DNA from: Azolla caroliniana
Lineage: Eukaryota > Plantae > Polypodiophyta
NCBI GenBank assembly: GCA_043228905.1
Contig: JBHGNT010000018.1
Coordinates: forward strand, 6,324,001-6,388,000
Length of the DNA stretch: 64,000 nucleotides
Direction of reading: 5' to 3'
Part shown: positions 12,411-24,779 of the stretch, piece by piece
Layout of the letters: every line of letters begins with the position of its first letter
How positions within the stretch are numbered: the stretch's first letter is position 1
The notes under the pieces: model-generated
Seen by the model: only the letters and a program-made list of their open reading frames with translations
Told to the model about the DNA's origin: nothing
Databases searched by the model: none
Translations under genes and position numbers: made by a program

Positions 12411-14578
12411 CCGACGTCAGAGAACCGATGTCATATGAAGAAGCATCAGCATCTAGCAATGGAGTACGAGATGAACTCCATTCAAGGAAACCAAACTTGA
12501 GACTTGGTCGAGCTCCCGAAGAATCGACATGCTCTTCCGTGCAAGTGGGTCTATTGAGTCAAACAGACGTCTGATTCAGCCACCCCAAAATTCAAGGCCA
12601 GACTAGTAGCTAAGGGTTTTCAACATGAATATGGTGTCGATTTCGACAAAATCTTTTCACCAATTGTGAAAATGACAACCCTCAGACTCGTGCTCGGCCT
12701 CGTGGCAGCCGAGGACTTGGAGTTGATTCAGCTAGATGTCAAAACGGCATTCCTCCATGGTGATCTAGAGGAGGAAATTTATATGGAGCAACCAAAAGGC
12801 TTCGTGGCACCCGGCTAGGAACATCTAGTCTGTCGACTCAGGAAGAGTCTATACGGCCTGAAACAGGCACCGTGACAGTTGTATAAAAAGTTTGATGACT
12901 TCAATCAATCAGTCGGTTTCTCGAAGAGCGATGAGGACCATTGTCACTTCACGAAAACAACTCGAGATGGGTCACCCATCTTCCTCATCATCTATGTGGA
13001 CACATGCTAATCTCTGGTTGGCAAGCCGGAGAGCTTGCCGAAGTCGTTCGGCAACTACGGTTGAAGTTTTCCATGAAGGACCTTGGTCCGTCAAGACACA
13101 TTCTCGGCATGAAGATTAGTTGAAATCGAAGACAATTGGTTATGTCCCAATCCGACTATATTAGATGTGTCCTCGAACGCTTCCACATGCAATCGGCAAA
13201 ATCTGCTTCGACCCCTCTCCCTATTAGCCTTCCGTTGTCTCAGCAAGACTGCCCGACATTTGGTTTAGAGGGGGGAAATATGAAGACAATACCGTATGCA
13301 CTAGCAGTTGGCTCCCTGATGTACACAATGGTTGCAACACGGCCTGACATTACTCACACCATCGGAATTGTCAGCAGATTCATGCACAATCTAGGCCAAT
13401 TACACTGGAATGCAGTCAAGCATGTGTTCAGATATCTGGTCGACACAAAAGACCTTGACATTCTATTCGACTGACACTTCAAGCGTAGTCGGATACATCG
13501 ACTCAAACTTTGCAGGCTGCATGGACAGTCAAAAATCGACAACTGGATATTGCTTCAAATTTTGCAATGGAACGATCTCGTGGAAATCGAAACTTCAGGA
13601 GTGCACCACTACATCAACAATAGAGGCCAAATATGTAGCCACGTCGGATGCAGCGAAAGAAGCTTTATGGCTTGGTTGGCTAGCATGCACGTTTCGACAA
13701 GTCGAACCTGACTCGGATCCAGTTGTCTACAGTGTTAGTCAAGGTGTTGTTGCTCTGTCGAAAAATCCGGCCTAACACAACGCCTCGAAGCACATTGACG
13801 TTCGATATCACTTTGTTCGGGACTACGTCATTTTAGGGAAAATCGGCCTCAAGAAGATACCTACAGTCGATAATGTCGCAAACGCGATGACCAAGTGTTT
13901 TTCGGCAGATCGATTTCGATCCCTTCGGCACCAAATGGGCGTATTGAAGAATCAATCCAATTGAGTCAAACACTCAAGTTGTTTTCGAACAATCATCATA
14001 GACAGTTCGAAGCCCGGTCTTAGTTTCCCCAACCTCGGCTAGTTCGCCCTTTTGGTTTTCGAAGTTCACCGACTCGAATGAAATTTCGATCTGTTCGAAA
14101 ACTTTGTACCAATCTGTATTGTACATTTTCTTCGATTTACAGATTTTTGATGTATACGCCCATGATGGGGGATTATTGAATGTGGGTCTCTAATGGACGT
14201 ATTCACATTGTTTTCTTTTGTACACACCAGGTTTAGGCTATTTATATAAATAGTGAGAAGGGCAATTGTCGTAAGTTAGTCAGTATATAAACTGACTTTG
14301 TAACCTAGTTTTGTTGGTGATTAAAAAATACAATTCATCTTGTGCCTAACGTCTCTCTCTCTCTCTTGCATTCTGGTTGTGTCTCGTTTTCTGTTGATGT
14401 TGTTGTTGCCATCAATCTACCTTGCTTGTATCTGTTTATGATCTCTAGAAGAGTGTTGATTATTTCCGCACGAGACGGCCACGTTATCAACTGAGCAGAC
14501 TTCCTTGTCCTCCTGATTTATGTCGACGACATGGGTACAACAAGACCGATCTTGGGAATGCACATTGTCTGGGACCGG

Positions 14579-14611
14579 TGTTGTGCCTTTCGGAGTCGGC
14601 TCGTTACAACA
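14579..14611. mobile_element. 33-bp LTR scar (TGTTGT..ACAACA)
   Basis: 6-bp inverted termini flanked by CCGG/CCAG, interrupting the copia D RT codons. Confidence 0.6.
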
Positions 14612-14620
14612 CCAGACAAA

Positions 14621-15120
14621 TGTTACCGTACGAGATGTACGGATGATTGATAAGTGTGATAAGTGAGGGTGAAAGATGTAAGGTGTTGATATGTATGTGT
14701 GATTTTATACGATTATGAGTGTGAATGTAAGTGTGAGTGTGGTAGATACAAAGAGGTGTGAGTGAGTGACTAGGTGTGAATGCCAAGGGGGCTTGCACCC
14801 TTGTGGATCTACCCCTTTGTACCTATTTAACCCCTTATGGGGAATGAATGAATACAACAATAATCAATTTGTCTCTAAATCTCTCTTATCATCTCTTTCT
14901 CTCTCTCTTCCCTCCCCTTAACGATGAACCCCCTTGGGAGGGGGGTGGAGCCATTCTAGGCACCACCCCCCACCCCGCAATGTTTCTCAATGATTCTTAA
15001 CCTCTTCATGATCTCTCTCACCATCATACTCTCCATCATCATCACACCCACCATGTCTATCTTTATCATCAATCATCATGATTATCATCATCCTTTACCC
15101 TAACCCTAAAACCTATAACA
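14621..15120. mobile_element. Solo LTR, 500 bp
   Basis: TGTTA..TAACA termini; 5-bp TSD ACAAA at 14616-14620 and 15121-15125. Confidence 0.85.
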
Positions 15121-15239
15121 ACAAAGAGGCAATTGTGGTTGTCACTGAAGAAGTACGTGACAAAGGTGCTCTAGAGGTTCAACATGGAAAGCACAACGCC
15201 GGTTGACTTGACACTACCGACCAACAACAAGTTATCCGG

Positions 15240-16055
15240 TGTCATGAAGATTTCCGACTACGGTGAGAAGCCGGATGGAACATGCAAAGTCATTGATGTG
15301 CAACATGTGCACATGTACATTAGGAATTGTATATAAAACAAAAGGGGGGGAGTATTTTTCCCACATTGTAACGTCCTCCCCTCCTTGGACTATAAAAGGA
15401 AAGGGAGGGTCCCTTGTAAAAGGGTTGCCCATTTTGAGTTAGGAAGGTATACCACTTAGGTCTAAGGTATGATAGCTTTTCTCTTCTTTCTTTCCTTCTT
15501 CCTTACTTACTCCTTTAGGGTTTCCTCTAGTTCTTCTTCTTCTTCGTCGTGTGGGTTGGGTCTTCGTGTCTGTTTAGGTTTAGTCCGGTTAAGAGCTGTA
15601 TGCCCTAAGGGGTTTTCGCTACTGCTTTGTCTCCTATGCAAGACCCCGCTCAGCGCGAGAAGCCCGAGAGCTCCCGATCGGCGGCTTGGCAACAGACTGT
15701 TGTTGTAACCTAACTTACCTTAATCCAGCTCAAAGCTGGAGTTGTATCTCGTTCTTGTAAATATACATAAGTGAAGTTCTGTGCGTCTGTGTCGGTGTCG
15801 GTGTCTTTGAAGTTTCTTCTTTCCGTTTGTGTACATACGTGCGTGTACGTGTGTGCTCTCCTCTACGCGTTTCGGTCGTATTTTGGGACACGCCCGGATT
15901 GGTTGTCCCCGGGTCGCCTCCAGAACCATTCCGGCCGGAGTCTCGACGGTATAACCGGCTCTGGAGAACTCGACCTTCCGGAAACCCATCTCCCCTCGGT
16001 CCAAGACCCCGGTGGTCCCACCCGGATCCAACACGTACGTGGGATTACCGCGACA
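15240..16055 (+). mobile_element. Solo LTR related to the 2173-2950 LTR family
   Basis: TGTCATGAAG..CGCGACA termini. Shares the blocks CCCACATTGTAACG, CTATAAAAG, AAGGGTTGCCCATTTTG and GCAAGACCCCGCTC..GATCGGCGGCTTGGCA with the 2173 LTR. Confidence 0.88.
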
Positions 16056-17541
16056 TGAAGCCGGTCGACTTGACACTACCGACCAACAACAAGTTATCCG
16101 AGAGACAATGCTCAAAGACAAAGACAAAGAAGGCTGAGATGATGAAGGTTACCTATGCCTCAGTGGTTGGAAGCCTGATGTACGTGATGGTGTGTACCAG
16201 GCCGGACATCAAATACGATGTTGGAGTCATCAACCGATTCATGAGTAATCCTGGAAGAGAGCATTCGGCTGTAGTGAAGTGGATACTTTGATACCTGAGA
16301 GGCACCTCGAGTGTGTGCCTCCGATTCGGCTTAGGTAACCCCATACTAGAAGGTTTCACTGACTCAAACATGACGGCTGATGTGGATACTAGCCGATCCA
16401 CGTCTGGGTATGTTATGACATATGCAGGGGGAGCCGTCTCGTGGTAGTCGAGGCTGGAGAAGGACGTGGCGTTGTTGACCACGGAAGCGGAGTACATGGC
16501 TGTTGTAGAAGCCAGCAAGGAGATAATCTGGATGGAGTTCAATGGAGAGTTGGGAATTTGGAAAGAGGAATTTTGACTCTATTACGATAACCAAAATGCC
16601 ATCCACCTTGCAAAGAATGTCACCTACCACTTGAGGACCAAGCACATGTAGAGGAGGTACCATTGGCTCTGGGAGAGGGTAGAAGAAAAGAAGTTTGCTC
16701 TGATGAAGATCCACACAACGAAGAACGGATCGGACATGCTGACAAAGGTGTTGTCGACAGAGAAGCTGGATGTGTGTCGGAGATGGGTCGGACTGACAGA
16801 GTGCCCCATACCGGAGTGAAGGGGGAGTTTGTTAGGAAAGATGTCCCTCCGGATGGGCAGAGCACGAGCCGAACTGGAGTCCGAAGTGTGAGCAATGGAT
16901 GGGATGAGTACGAGCCGGACTGAATGTCTCCGACCCGGAGCGGGATCGGCCGGATGGCATCTGGTCGGATCCGGAGATGAATCTAGAAGAGGATGTATAT
17001 CTGTAAATGTGTTTTGTTGCGCCTATTTTGGGCCAAAATTGTAAATAGCCCTAAAGTTGTATTATTATAAATACAACTAGGGAAAATCATTACATTAAGG
17101 ATGAATAGTTGTTATTGGTAGTGGCCTCTGTAACTAAGAGTGTGTAGGAGAGTGTGAGCGAGTAGAAACTTTGTTGTAACCGTCGTCTGACAAAGAGGAG
17201 CTCAAGGTTGTTGCCTTCGAGTCTCTTGTGTATATTCCTTCTACTATAGTGATATACTTCGGAGTTTGTGGACTCCCGTGATTTTTCCCTTTTCCGGGTT
17301 TTCCACGTAAAATACTTGTGTCTCAGTACTTTTGTTTTTCTATCTTTTGTGTTTTCTATCGGTTCAATCTTTGCACCTGTATACGCATTCGTGAGAACCG
17401 GTTGTGGCCTGTAGGATACTCACAATTATTTATGTCTCGAGAGGTCGTTGAGCAGTACAATACAATGCGGTCAAGGAACGTGTAGGCCATAAGAGAGAGG
17501 TGGACGCCCGAATCGGGACATTGGCCAAAGAATGAGATTCA

Positions 17542-17557
17542 TTGGGCCATGGCCCAA
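17542..17557. promoter_or_regulatory. Paired site II (TGGGCC) elements forming a 16-bp palindrome in the DDI1 promoter
   Basis: TTGGGCCATGGCCCAA, about 200 bp upstream of the ATG; a telo-box-like TAGGGTT lies near 17685. Confidence 0.5.
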
Positions 17558-17755
17558 CAACTGATCTCATGATATACATACATATTGGTATGCGTTTGTT
17601 GTGTCTCTATTTCCTTCTTTCCTTCCTCTAAAGCCAAGAAATAGAAGCAGGAATCACTGTCGTGAAGACTAACTACATACACTCTAGGGTTCGCCTCGCC
17701 ATCGCCATCGCCATCGCCATCGCTCTCGCAGCATACGCAGAGTCGGAAGAAGGAG

Positions 17756-19036
17756 ATGAAGATCACCGTGATGATGCTGAGCGACGATCGGATCTTGTCC
17801 CTTGAAGTGGAGCCTGAGGAGCCCGCTGAGAACGTGAAAGCGCTGCTGGAGGTAGAAACAGGGGTGCCCCTCGCAAACCAGCGGCTCCTCCACAACAGCC
17901 GAGAACTCCCGAATTCCGCCTCGCTCCGCTCCTCTGGCGTCAGAGAAGGAGACCTCCTCATGATGCAGGTTGCAGGCCCCAGTCCCGGGCCGGCCTCGGG
18001 CTCAGGCCCAGGATCGGGCTCAGGGCCCAATCTAGGTACGGCTAATAATTTCTCCCTTCACCCTGATGGATCGGCTGTCGATCCGCGCGCCCTGCAGCAA
18101 CAGCTCCGCTCCAACCCTAATGTCATCGGGCAGCTCCTTTCCACTAACCCTGAATTTGCCCAAGCCATCATCGGGGATGATGTGGAGAAGTTTCAGCACT
18201 TCCTCCGCGAGCAGCACCGCCAGAAGCTTGAGATCCAGCGGAGGCAGCAAGAGGAGATCTCCCTCCTCAATGCTGATCCTTTTGATTTCGAGGCCCAGCG
18301 CCGCATCGAAGACCTCATTCGGCAACGCAATATCGATGAGAATTGGGAGGCTGCCATCGAACACAACCCCGAGGCATTCGCCAGAGTTATCATGCTCTAT
18401 GTTGACATGGAAGTGAATGGTGTCCCCCTCAAAGCATTTGTTGATAGCGGCGCACAAATGACCATCATTTCCAAGAGTTGCGCTGAACGATGCGGTCTTT
18501 TACGCCTCTTAGACAAGCGGTACATTGGCATCGCTAAAGGCGTAGGGCAATCTGAGATTGTAGGGAGGATTCATGTTGCTCACATTAAGATCGGTGGGAA
18601 GTTCTTTATGTGCTCTTTCACTGTATTGGATCAACCCGACATGGAGTTCATCTTTGGCCTTGATATGCTTCGCAAGCACCAGTGCTCGATTGATCTCAAA
18701 GATAATGTCCTTCGTGTGGGAGGAGGGGAGATCGCAGTGCCTTTCTTGCAAGAAAAGGACCTTCCAGAGCATGTTAAAGAAGAGCGAGAGACCTTGCCGA
18801 AAGTGCAAGGTGGGACAACATCCACATCAAATACACCCTCTCTTCAAAATGTAACGGGAACAAATTCCCCTGTAAGGTCAAGTTTGTCATCGGCCAACAC
18901 AATTCCTCCTCATGATTTGGAAGCCAAAGTAGAACGGCTCATGCAACTCGGATTTGATCGGCAAACATGTTTGAAAGCATTACAGCTCTTTAATGGTAAT
19001 GAAGACCAGGCTGCAAGTTATTTGTTTGGAGGTTAA
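17756..19036 (+). CDS. DDI1: DNA damage-inducible protein 1 (UBL, helical domain, retroviral-like aspartyl protease, UBA), intronless, 426 aa
   Basis: N-terminal ubiquitin-like domain; ADPFDFEAQRRIE; NPEAFARVIMLYVDMEVNGVPLKAFVDSGAQ with the catalytic DSG; FGLDMLRKHQC; C-terminal UBA LMQLGFDR..ALQLFNGNEDQAASYLFGG. Confidence 0.97.
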   Translation: MKITVMMLSDDRILSLEVEPEEPAENVKALLEVETGVPLANQRLLHNSRELPNSASLRSSGVREGDLLMMQVAGPSPGPASGSGPGSGSGPNLGTANNFSLHPDGSAVDPRALQQQLRSNPNVIGQLLSTNPEFAQAIIGDDVEKFQHFLREQHRQKLEIQRRQQEEISLLNADPFDFEAQRRIEDLIRQRNIDENWEAAIEHNPEAFARVIMLYVDMEVNGVPLKAFVDSGAQMTIISKSCAERCGLLRLLDKRYIGIAKGVGQSEIVGRIHVAHIKIGGKFFMCSFTVLDQPDMEFIFGLDMLRKHQCSIDLKDNVLRVGGGEIAVPFLQEKDLPEHVKEERETLPKVQGGTTSTSNTPSLQNVTGTNSPVRSSLSSANTIPPHDLEAKVERLMQLGFDRQTCLKALQLFNGNEDQAASYLFGG

Positions 19037-20831
19037 ATTACAACATACATATTTTTTAAAGTATGATTTATTGATTCAAATGTGGCCATTTTCAATGGAG
19101 AACATTCAAATGTGCTGGCTCTTTCAGACCTTTCTTTTTCCTTGAAACTTACTGATTTATTATTGATTTCCAAGAACTATATTGCTATGTGCTCCGAGGA
19201 AGTGTCACTTGTTTGTTTTCTGTGCCCTTTGATGATTTGTTTGCAATAGTCATATGACACTGTTGTAAAAATTGACCCTACACCAGAACACTAAATGTCT
19301 CTGAAACTTCGAGGAAATAATACAATGTATTCTTTTGGATTCTTGGAATACAATATGAGGCTTGAACATGAATCGTTAATAATTAGGAAATTATGTTGTA
19401 CATTAGAATGAGTCTTGAATGTCTTTACCTTAAATTAGGACCAAACCTTCTGTGATTTCACCTTGATGAAGTGAAGTATTTTTCAAATAGAATCTGTTTT
19501 TGAGAGGGGCTCAGAATATATTCGCAACTAGACCCGTCAAAAAGCACAGAATTGGCCATTTTCATGCCTTTCTATGCAAGTAGTTTGAGTCTCATCTCTC
19601 ATGTCACAATGTGCCTTCACCTCGTGGGCACGAAATTTCTTCAACCGTTTTGTTGGGGTGTTCGTTTAACACTAACGAGTAGTTATTATCGATACACAAA
19701 GTGTGCCTTTGAAAAACACAGTGGCAAGAAGATACTCCTAGTGTTCACAAGAGGTGATAGTCAAAGATGTTGGGTAAATAAAATTGAGTGTAATGTTGGT
19801 GAATAATGTAGAAATGTTTTTGCTCAAGTGTTCCATCCTCATTAGCTTTGTTTATTGCCCATATTTTGTTGCAAACAATGAAATGAATTGGTAGCAATGT
19901 CGTCACCATGCCTCTCTAGCCTTGTGAGCTTGGCCTTAACTATATGTCAATTAGAGACTTATCACGATGCATTCTTGGCAAGTTGAAGCCATGTGTAGAG
20001 TGGGACACAGCCCAAACTACGAAGTTCTTAACCAAAAAGATAAGAGAGGTATGTGTTTAGAGAGACCATATGACTACCACTATCGTACGTGGTCCATGGA
20101 GCCATTTTGCTGAAAATTTTAAACCGTGAGGAGGCATCATAATAGCCTTCTACATCTCCTTGCCAATATGATTGTACACATCTAAATCCTTGATTCTTTA
20201 TCAATCCACTTGTTGTCAATGTACTTTGACAAGGAATATGAGCTACTTATGCAAGTAAGATTTTCACTTGACTCTAATCCAATGACATAAAACAATCCAT
20301 GGTTCATGCACAATCTTAGATCAAGTTTCAATAGTCCATTATGAGCCATGAGCCGTTTTGCAATTTAGTCAATTTATTTACTCTACTTGGATTATTGGCA
20401 TCCCGAAATTGTTCCCATTTCCCGTGACATGTCTTTCAATCACTCACATCACTTACTGAATTAACTACACATCCATCGCACGACTTCTTATCATACCTAC
20501 CGAAATCTCGAGGCTCAATGGTGCCCATATCATATCACACATCTATTGATCCTTCATCATGCCTACGTGGGCACTAGAGACTCGAACCGAAGCTCGAGAG
20601 GGGCAAAGGTTTAGCAACATTCGGGCTGTTGTTTCCATGTTTTTAGGCGAAAGAAGTACAAGGTGAGGACCCGGTGAGAAGTTTGACACCCGAGATGGCC
20701 AATGGGTGGTGGGTTTGGAAGAGAGAAAGAGAGGGTATGTATATTGTTTCGGTCACGTGGACCCCTCCCCCTTAAGATGTGCCGGTCCAAGCCATGTTTC
20801 GGACGCTTGGCATGTCCAAACAAAGAGAGGC

Positions 20832-20935
20832 CGGACAAATGGTGTTTGTTTTTGTTTGTTTGTTTTTGTAACTTTGAGAAAAGAGTGGACAAATGGTGTT
20901 TTGTTTGTTTTTTGTAACTTTGAGAAAAGAGTGGA
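20832..20935. repeat. Tandem duplication of about 50 bp upstream of COBRA-like gene
   Basis: GGACAAATGGTGTTT..TTTTGTAACTTTGAGAAAAGAGT occurs twice head-to-tail. Confidence 0.75.
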
Positions 20936-21532
20936 AGTGGGAGTCGGTGAAGGAGGAAGAAGAAGACACAAATTATTTTTTCTATTTATTTATTTATTTT
21001 ATTTTATTTGATTAATTGTTTTACTTTTTTTACGCATTTATATATTTATGTATGTATGTGTTTATTTATTTGTTTGTTTGTTTATTTATTTATTTGGTTA
21101 GGAATGGAGTGTGGTGGTAGCAATAATAGTAGGGAAAGTGGAGAGTGCACATCCGTGCAGGGGCGTGCGCTGAGCTGTCAATGCTCGGATCTTGCCACGT
21201 CATCACAGTGCCCTGCCCCCCCCCAAGCCACAGAACCGAAAAAGTTGAGCCATCGTTTTCAAGTCTGCTCTGTTTTTTCTTTGGCTTCGCTTCCTCTCAA
21301 GCTTTTTTCCATGGAAATTGGCTTCACCCCATTCTGTTCGCTCCTCCTCCTCCTCCTCCTCCTCCTCCAATTCTGATCAGATCCCCTCAAACTTCCGCAG
21401 CACACTTCCATCGATCAGATCTGCCATAACGAAACCTGGCTACATCCGTTTAACTCAGTTCCTCCCCACATTGTCTGATCTGTAACATTATCTATTATAT
21501 CATTCTAGGTTTTTGCTCTCATTCTGATCGCC

Positions 21533-23317
21533 ATGTCCCCTAAATCTGCCATTTCCCTCATCCTCTTCCTTTCCATAGCTTTAGCTTCAGTATCTCTATC
21601 AGGTAAAAATGCTAAGCTCAACCTCAACTGTGCGATCTGCAGCTGATTTACTGGTTCTTAATTACCATCATAATCATCATTTTTGCTTAATTTCGCAACT
21701 ATTTTTAACTACCATAAAGTTTCTGCGTCTTCTTCTTATTATTATCCGTTCTTCTTCTTCTTCTTCTGTAGTTAATGAAAGAATGAGAATGCCATGGCTA
21801 TGGTAATTTGTGGATGAATTGTGTGCTCAAAAAGGGCATTAATGTAGATGTTATATGAGCCATTATTTCATGTATAACTAGACTTACACATCTTAAACAT
21901 TCCAATGATCTCGCAGATGCATACGATCCGTTGGATCCCAATGGGAACATCACAATCAAGTGGGATGTTATGTCGTGGACCGGGGACGGCTATGTGGTAA
22001 GTAAGAAACAAATCTTTATATTCATGCACATGAATGTGCCGGATTGGTGGTGGCCACTAGATCTACGATACCGCCACTAGATCTACCGGACACTGATAAA
22101 TGCATCTAATTCTTGTTATTGCTCTTCTTCTTCGTGTGTCGGCATGTGTAAACTTGTTTGAGCTTCGATTTTGCTAAGTTGTGTGTGTGTGTGTGTGTGT
22201 GTGTGGCAAATGTGTTCCTTTGATTCTTTTAATGTGTGTATGTGTGTGTGTGTGTCTATCTATCTTAATGCTGGGTCTTGGACTCAATTGTTAATCTATC
22301 TATTCTTAATTGCTTCTTCACAATTGTTAATCTATGTCTTCTTAATGGCTTCTTCGGAGTCCTTGACCCTTTGTTCCCTCTAGCCTCCCTGACCCTTGGT
22401 TATGATCAACATTTCGCAGAGATCTTGCCAAGATTATTATAACCTTCTAGTGAAGTTTGGCTAATTACAGCTTGTAACGCATAAGGGGGGGGGGGGGGGA
22501 ATAGTTATGATGAACATATCTAACTTAGAAAAGCTTAAGGATTAGTAGTACCTACTTTGTTTTTTAGCATGTAGACTCTCATGGGGGAAGGGAACATAGG
22601 GGAACATATTAAAGTAGATGAACATAAGGACAAATTAGACTCTATAGTTAGCATGGATAAATGTGTTAGGACCACGTGTGCAACAATGTTTGTAAATATC
22701 GGGCTAATCTTATTTAAGTCATGGTTTTGAACGGACATCATCGTATGTTATTGTTAGGCGGTGGTGACGATGTACAACTTCCAAAAGTTCCGACATATAC
22801 AAGCACCGGGATGGGTGATGGGATGGTCGTGGGCATCTAAGGAGATCATATGGGGTATGGTAGGTGGCCAAGCAACACTTCAAGGTGATTGCTCCAAGTT
22901 CAAGGCTGCCATACCACATTCTTGTATGCGCAACCCGACCATTGTCGACCTACTTCCGGGTGTCCCTTACAACCAACAAATCAGCAATTGTTGTAAAGGT
23001 GGTGTGCTCAACAGTTGGGTGCAAGATCCCGCAAGCGCAGTTGCGGCCTTCCAAGTTAGTGTCGGGAATTCAGGTACTAGCAACATCACGGTCAAACTCC
23101 CCAAGAACTTCACGCTAATGACCCCAGGACCCGGGTACACATGCGGACCTGCGAAGAAGGTTCCCCCATCTAAGTTCCTCACCACGGATGGTCGACGCAC
23201 AACACAAGCCCAAAGTTAGTACCATTCTCGCTCTCTCTACATTGGAGTAAAATGTTGTTTATGTTCACGTGTGCACATTTCTGTAAACAAGCACCTAGAT
23301 GGGCTAGGAATGTCCAC

Positions 23318-23350
<33 letters not shown>

Positions 23351-24779
23351 TGGTGCATGTGTCTATACTAGTGTAGGAGTATTGTGGTTGTTTATATTCT
23401 CTAAAACATATGTGAGGATGCCTAGATATGTATAGGCCATTCCAAAGGAAATGTATGTTATCTCTTTTGACATGAAATTGTTTTGCAGTGACTTGGAACG
23501 TTACTTGTACCTACTCGCAATTCCTTGCCCAAAGAACACCCTCATGTTGTGTTTCCTTCTCGTCTTTCTACAACGAGACGATTGTTCCTTGCCCCACATG
23601 TGCGTGTGCATGTGAGAAGAATAGTAGCACTACAGGAGGATGTTTACAGTAAGTGTTTTCCCCTCGACCTTTATAGATCAAAATATGTGAAGTTAGAATA
23701 GTAGTAAAACAAGTATCTTATGAATACTAAGGTATGTAGAGAGATAAAATAAAAGTTCAAGCCACCTATTTTGTCACTAAGGAGACATTGAAGTCTTGTA
23801 CTTGTGGACTGCATTACACTACCACGCGACTAGTTACGCAAATTCTCCCTCAATATTAAAGCACCACATTCCACATTCATTATTGTTTTACATTAATATA
23901 CTTGGACACCTACCAAAGTTCACAAGGGCATCATAACTTAACACTTTCGCAACAAATAAAAGATTCAATAGAGGCTTATAACAAAATACAATTTTTTTCC
24001 GTTTTGCAAGAATGTCTCCTCCAAAAGGAGTAGTGGCATCGAACACTGGGCTAGCACCACGACCCATCACGCCAATATTACATTGCACACAAGATATGTG
24101 CCCGATCCGAATCCATTGGCATGTCAAACAGAACTACAAGGCATATTGGCGCGTGAAGATTGCAATCACCAATCGCAACTACGCCATGAACTACTCACAA
24201 TGGAACATGGTTGTCCAGCACCCGAATCTCAACAATTTGACAGAGTCATTTAGTTTCGCATACGAGGGTCTCAGTCCATATGGTGGTTCCATAAGTAAGT
24301 TAAAAATTTCTTCTAACTATTAATAATAGTGGTATCAAAGTTAAGTATATGAGTTGATGTATTATTATTATGCCATGGAAAGTCTCAATAAGTCATTGAG
24401 TTTCCTATGTCTACTTTTGATTGGCATGTCAAAAAACTCAAGGTTAGGCATCTTTAAACCATGCAAGGTTTTGTAAAATGCAGATGACACAGGTATGTTT
24501 TGGGGGATCAAGTACTTCAATGATTTGTTGAACCAAGCAGGCCCAGATGGGAATGTGCAATCAGAGATTCTCTTCCAAAAAGATGCAGACGCCTTCTCCT
24601 TCAAGGAAGGGTGGGCTTTCCCTCACAAGGTCTACTTCAATGGCGATTCATGTGTCCTTCCCTCGCCCGACCAATACCCTGTCTTGCCCAATGCAGCACG
24701 CCGCAACACCTTCCATAGTCTAATCACACTCATGCTTCCATTCCTTCTCCTCCTCTTTCTTAATTTCGGTGGTTATTAA
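21533..24779 (+). CDS. COBL: COBRA-like GPI-anchored protein; exons 21533-21602, 21917-21996, 22758-23214, 23489-23648, 24011-24294, 24484-24779
   Basis: Signal peptide, then DAYDPLDPNGNITIKWDVMSWTGDGYV, PTIVDLLPGVPYNQQISNCCKGG, the CCVS motif, CPIRIHWHVKQNYKAYWRVK, GWAFPHKVYFNGDSC and a hydrophobic C-terminus. All introns are GT-AG with consistent phases. Confidence 0.96.

Larger units (their letters stand above)
1..14492 (+). mobile_element. Degenerate Ty1/copia retrotransposon A (5' LTR outside window), interrupted by nested insertions
   Basis: Gag starts near 528 (MSLRKFDGLNFNFWKEQMQDY), followed by a zinc knuckle and protease (WLLDSG, about 1425). GAG-pre-integrase/integrase lies at 7794-8772 (LWHGRLGH, VHLDICGP). 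RT/RNaseH lies at about 12410-13960 (KARLVAKGF, QLDVKTAFLHG, KHIDVRYHF). PPT GATGGGGGAT is at 14164-14173 and the 3' LTR at about 14174-14492. Many stops and frameshifts. Assigning the RT half to A rather than B is inference: its LTR does not match LTR B. Confidence 0.8.
14493..17424 (+). mobile_element. 3' part of degenerate Tnt1/Tork-like copia D (outermost host of the left stack)
   Basis: RT DFLVLLIYVDDM, ILGMHI, YASVVGSLMY; RNaseH SRSTSGYVMTYAGGAVSW. PPT GAAGGGGGAGTT before 16830. 3' LTR at 16830-17424 carries the TTTTTCCC..GGGTTTTCCACGTAAA motif. Confidence 0.88.

Noticed and set aside
14579-15120. Apparent 542-bp insertion without TSD (Helitron/DIRS-like)
   Set aside because: It resolves into two adjacent insertions, a 33-bp scar and a 500-bp solo LTR, each with its own TSD.
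18380-18720. Retroviral-type protease next to a TE stack, suggesting a newly domesticated TE gene
   Set aside because: It is the standard RVP domain of the ancient eukaryotic DDI1 family.
19550-20600. Possible decayed transposase between DDI1 and COBRA
   Set aside because: No motif or terminal structure I could support by eye.
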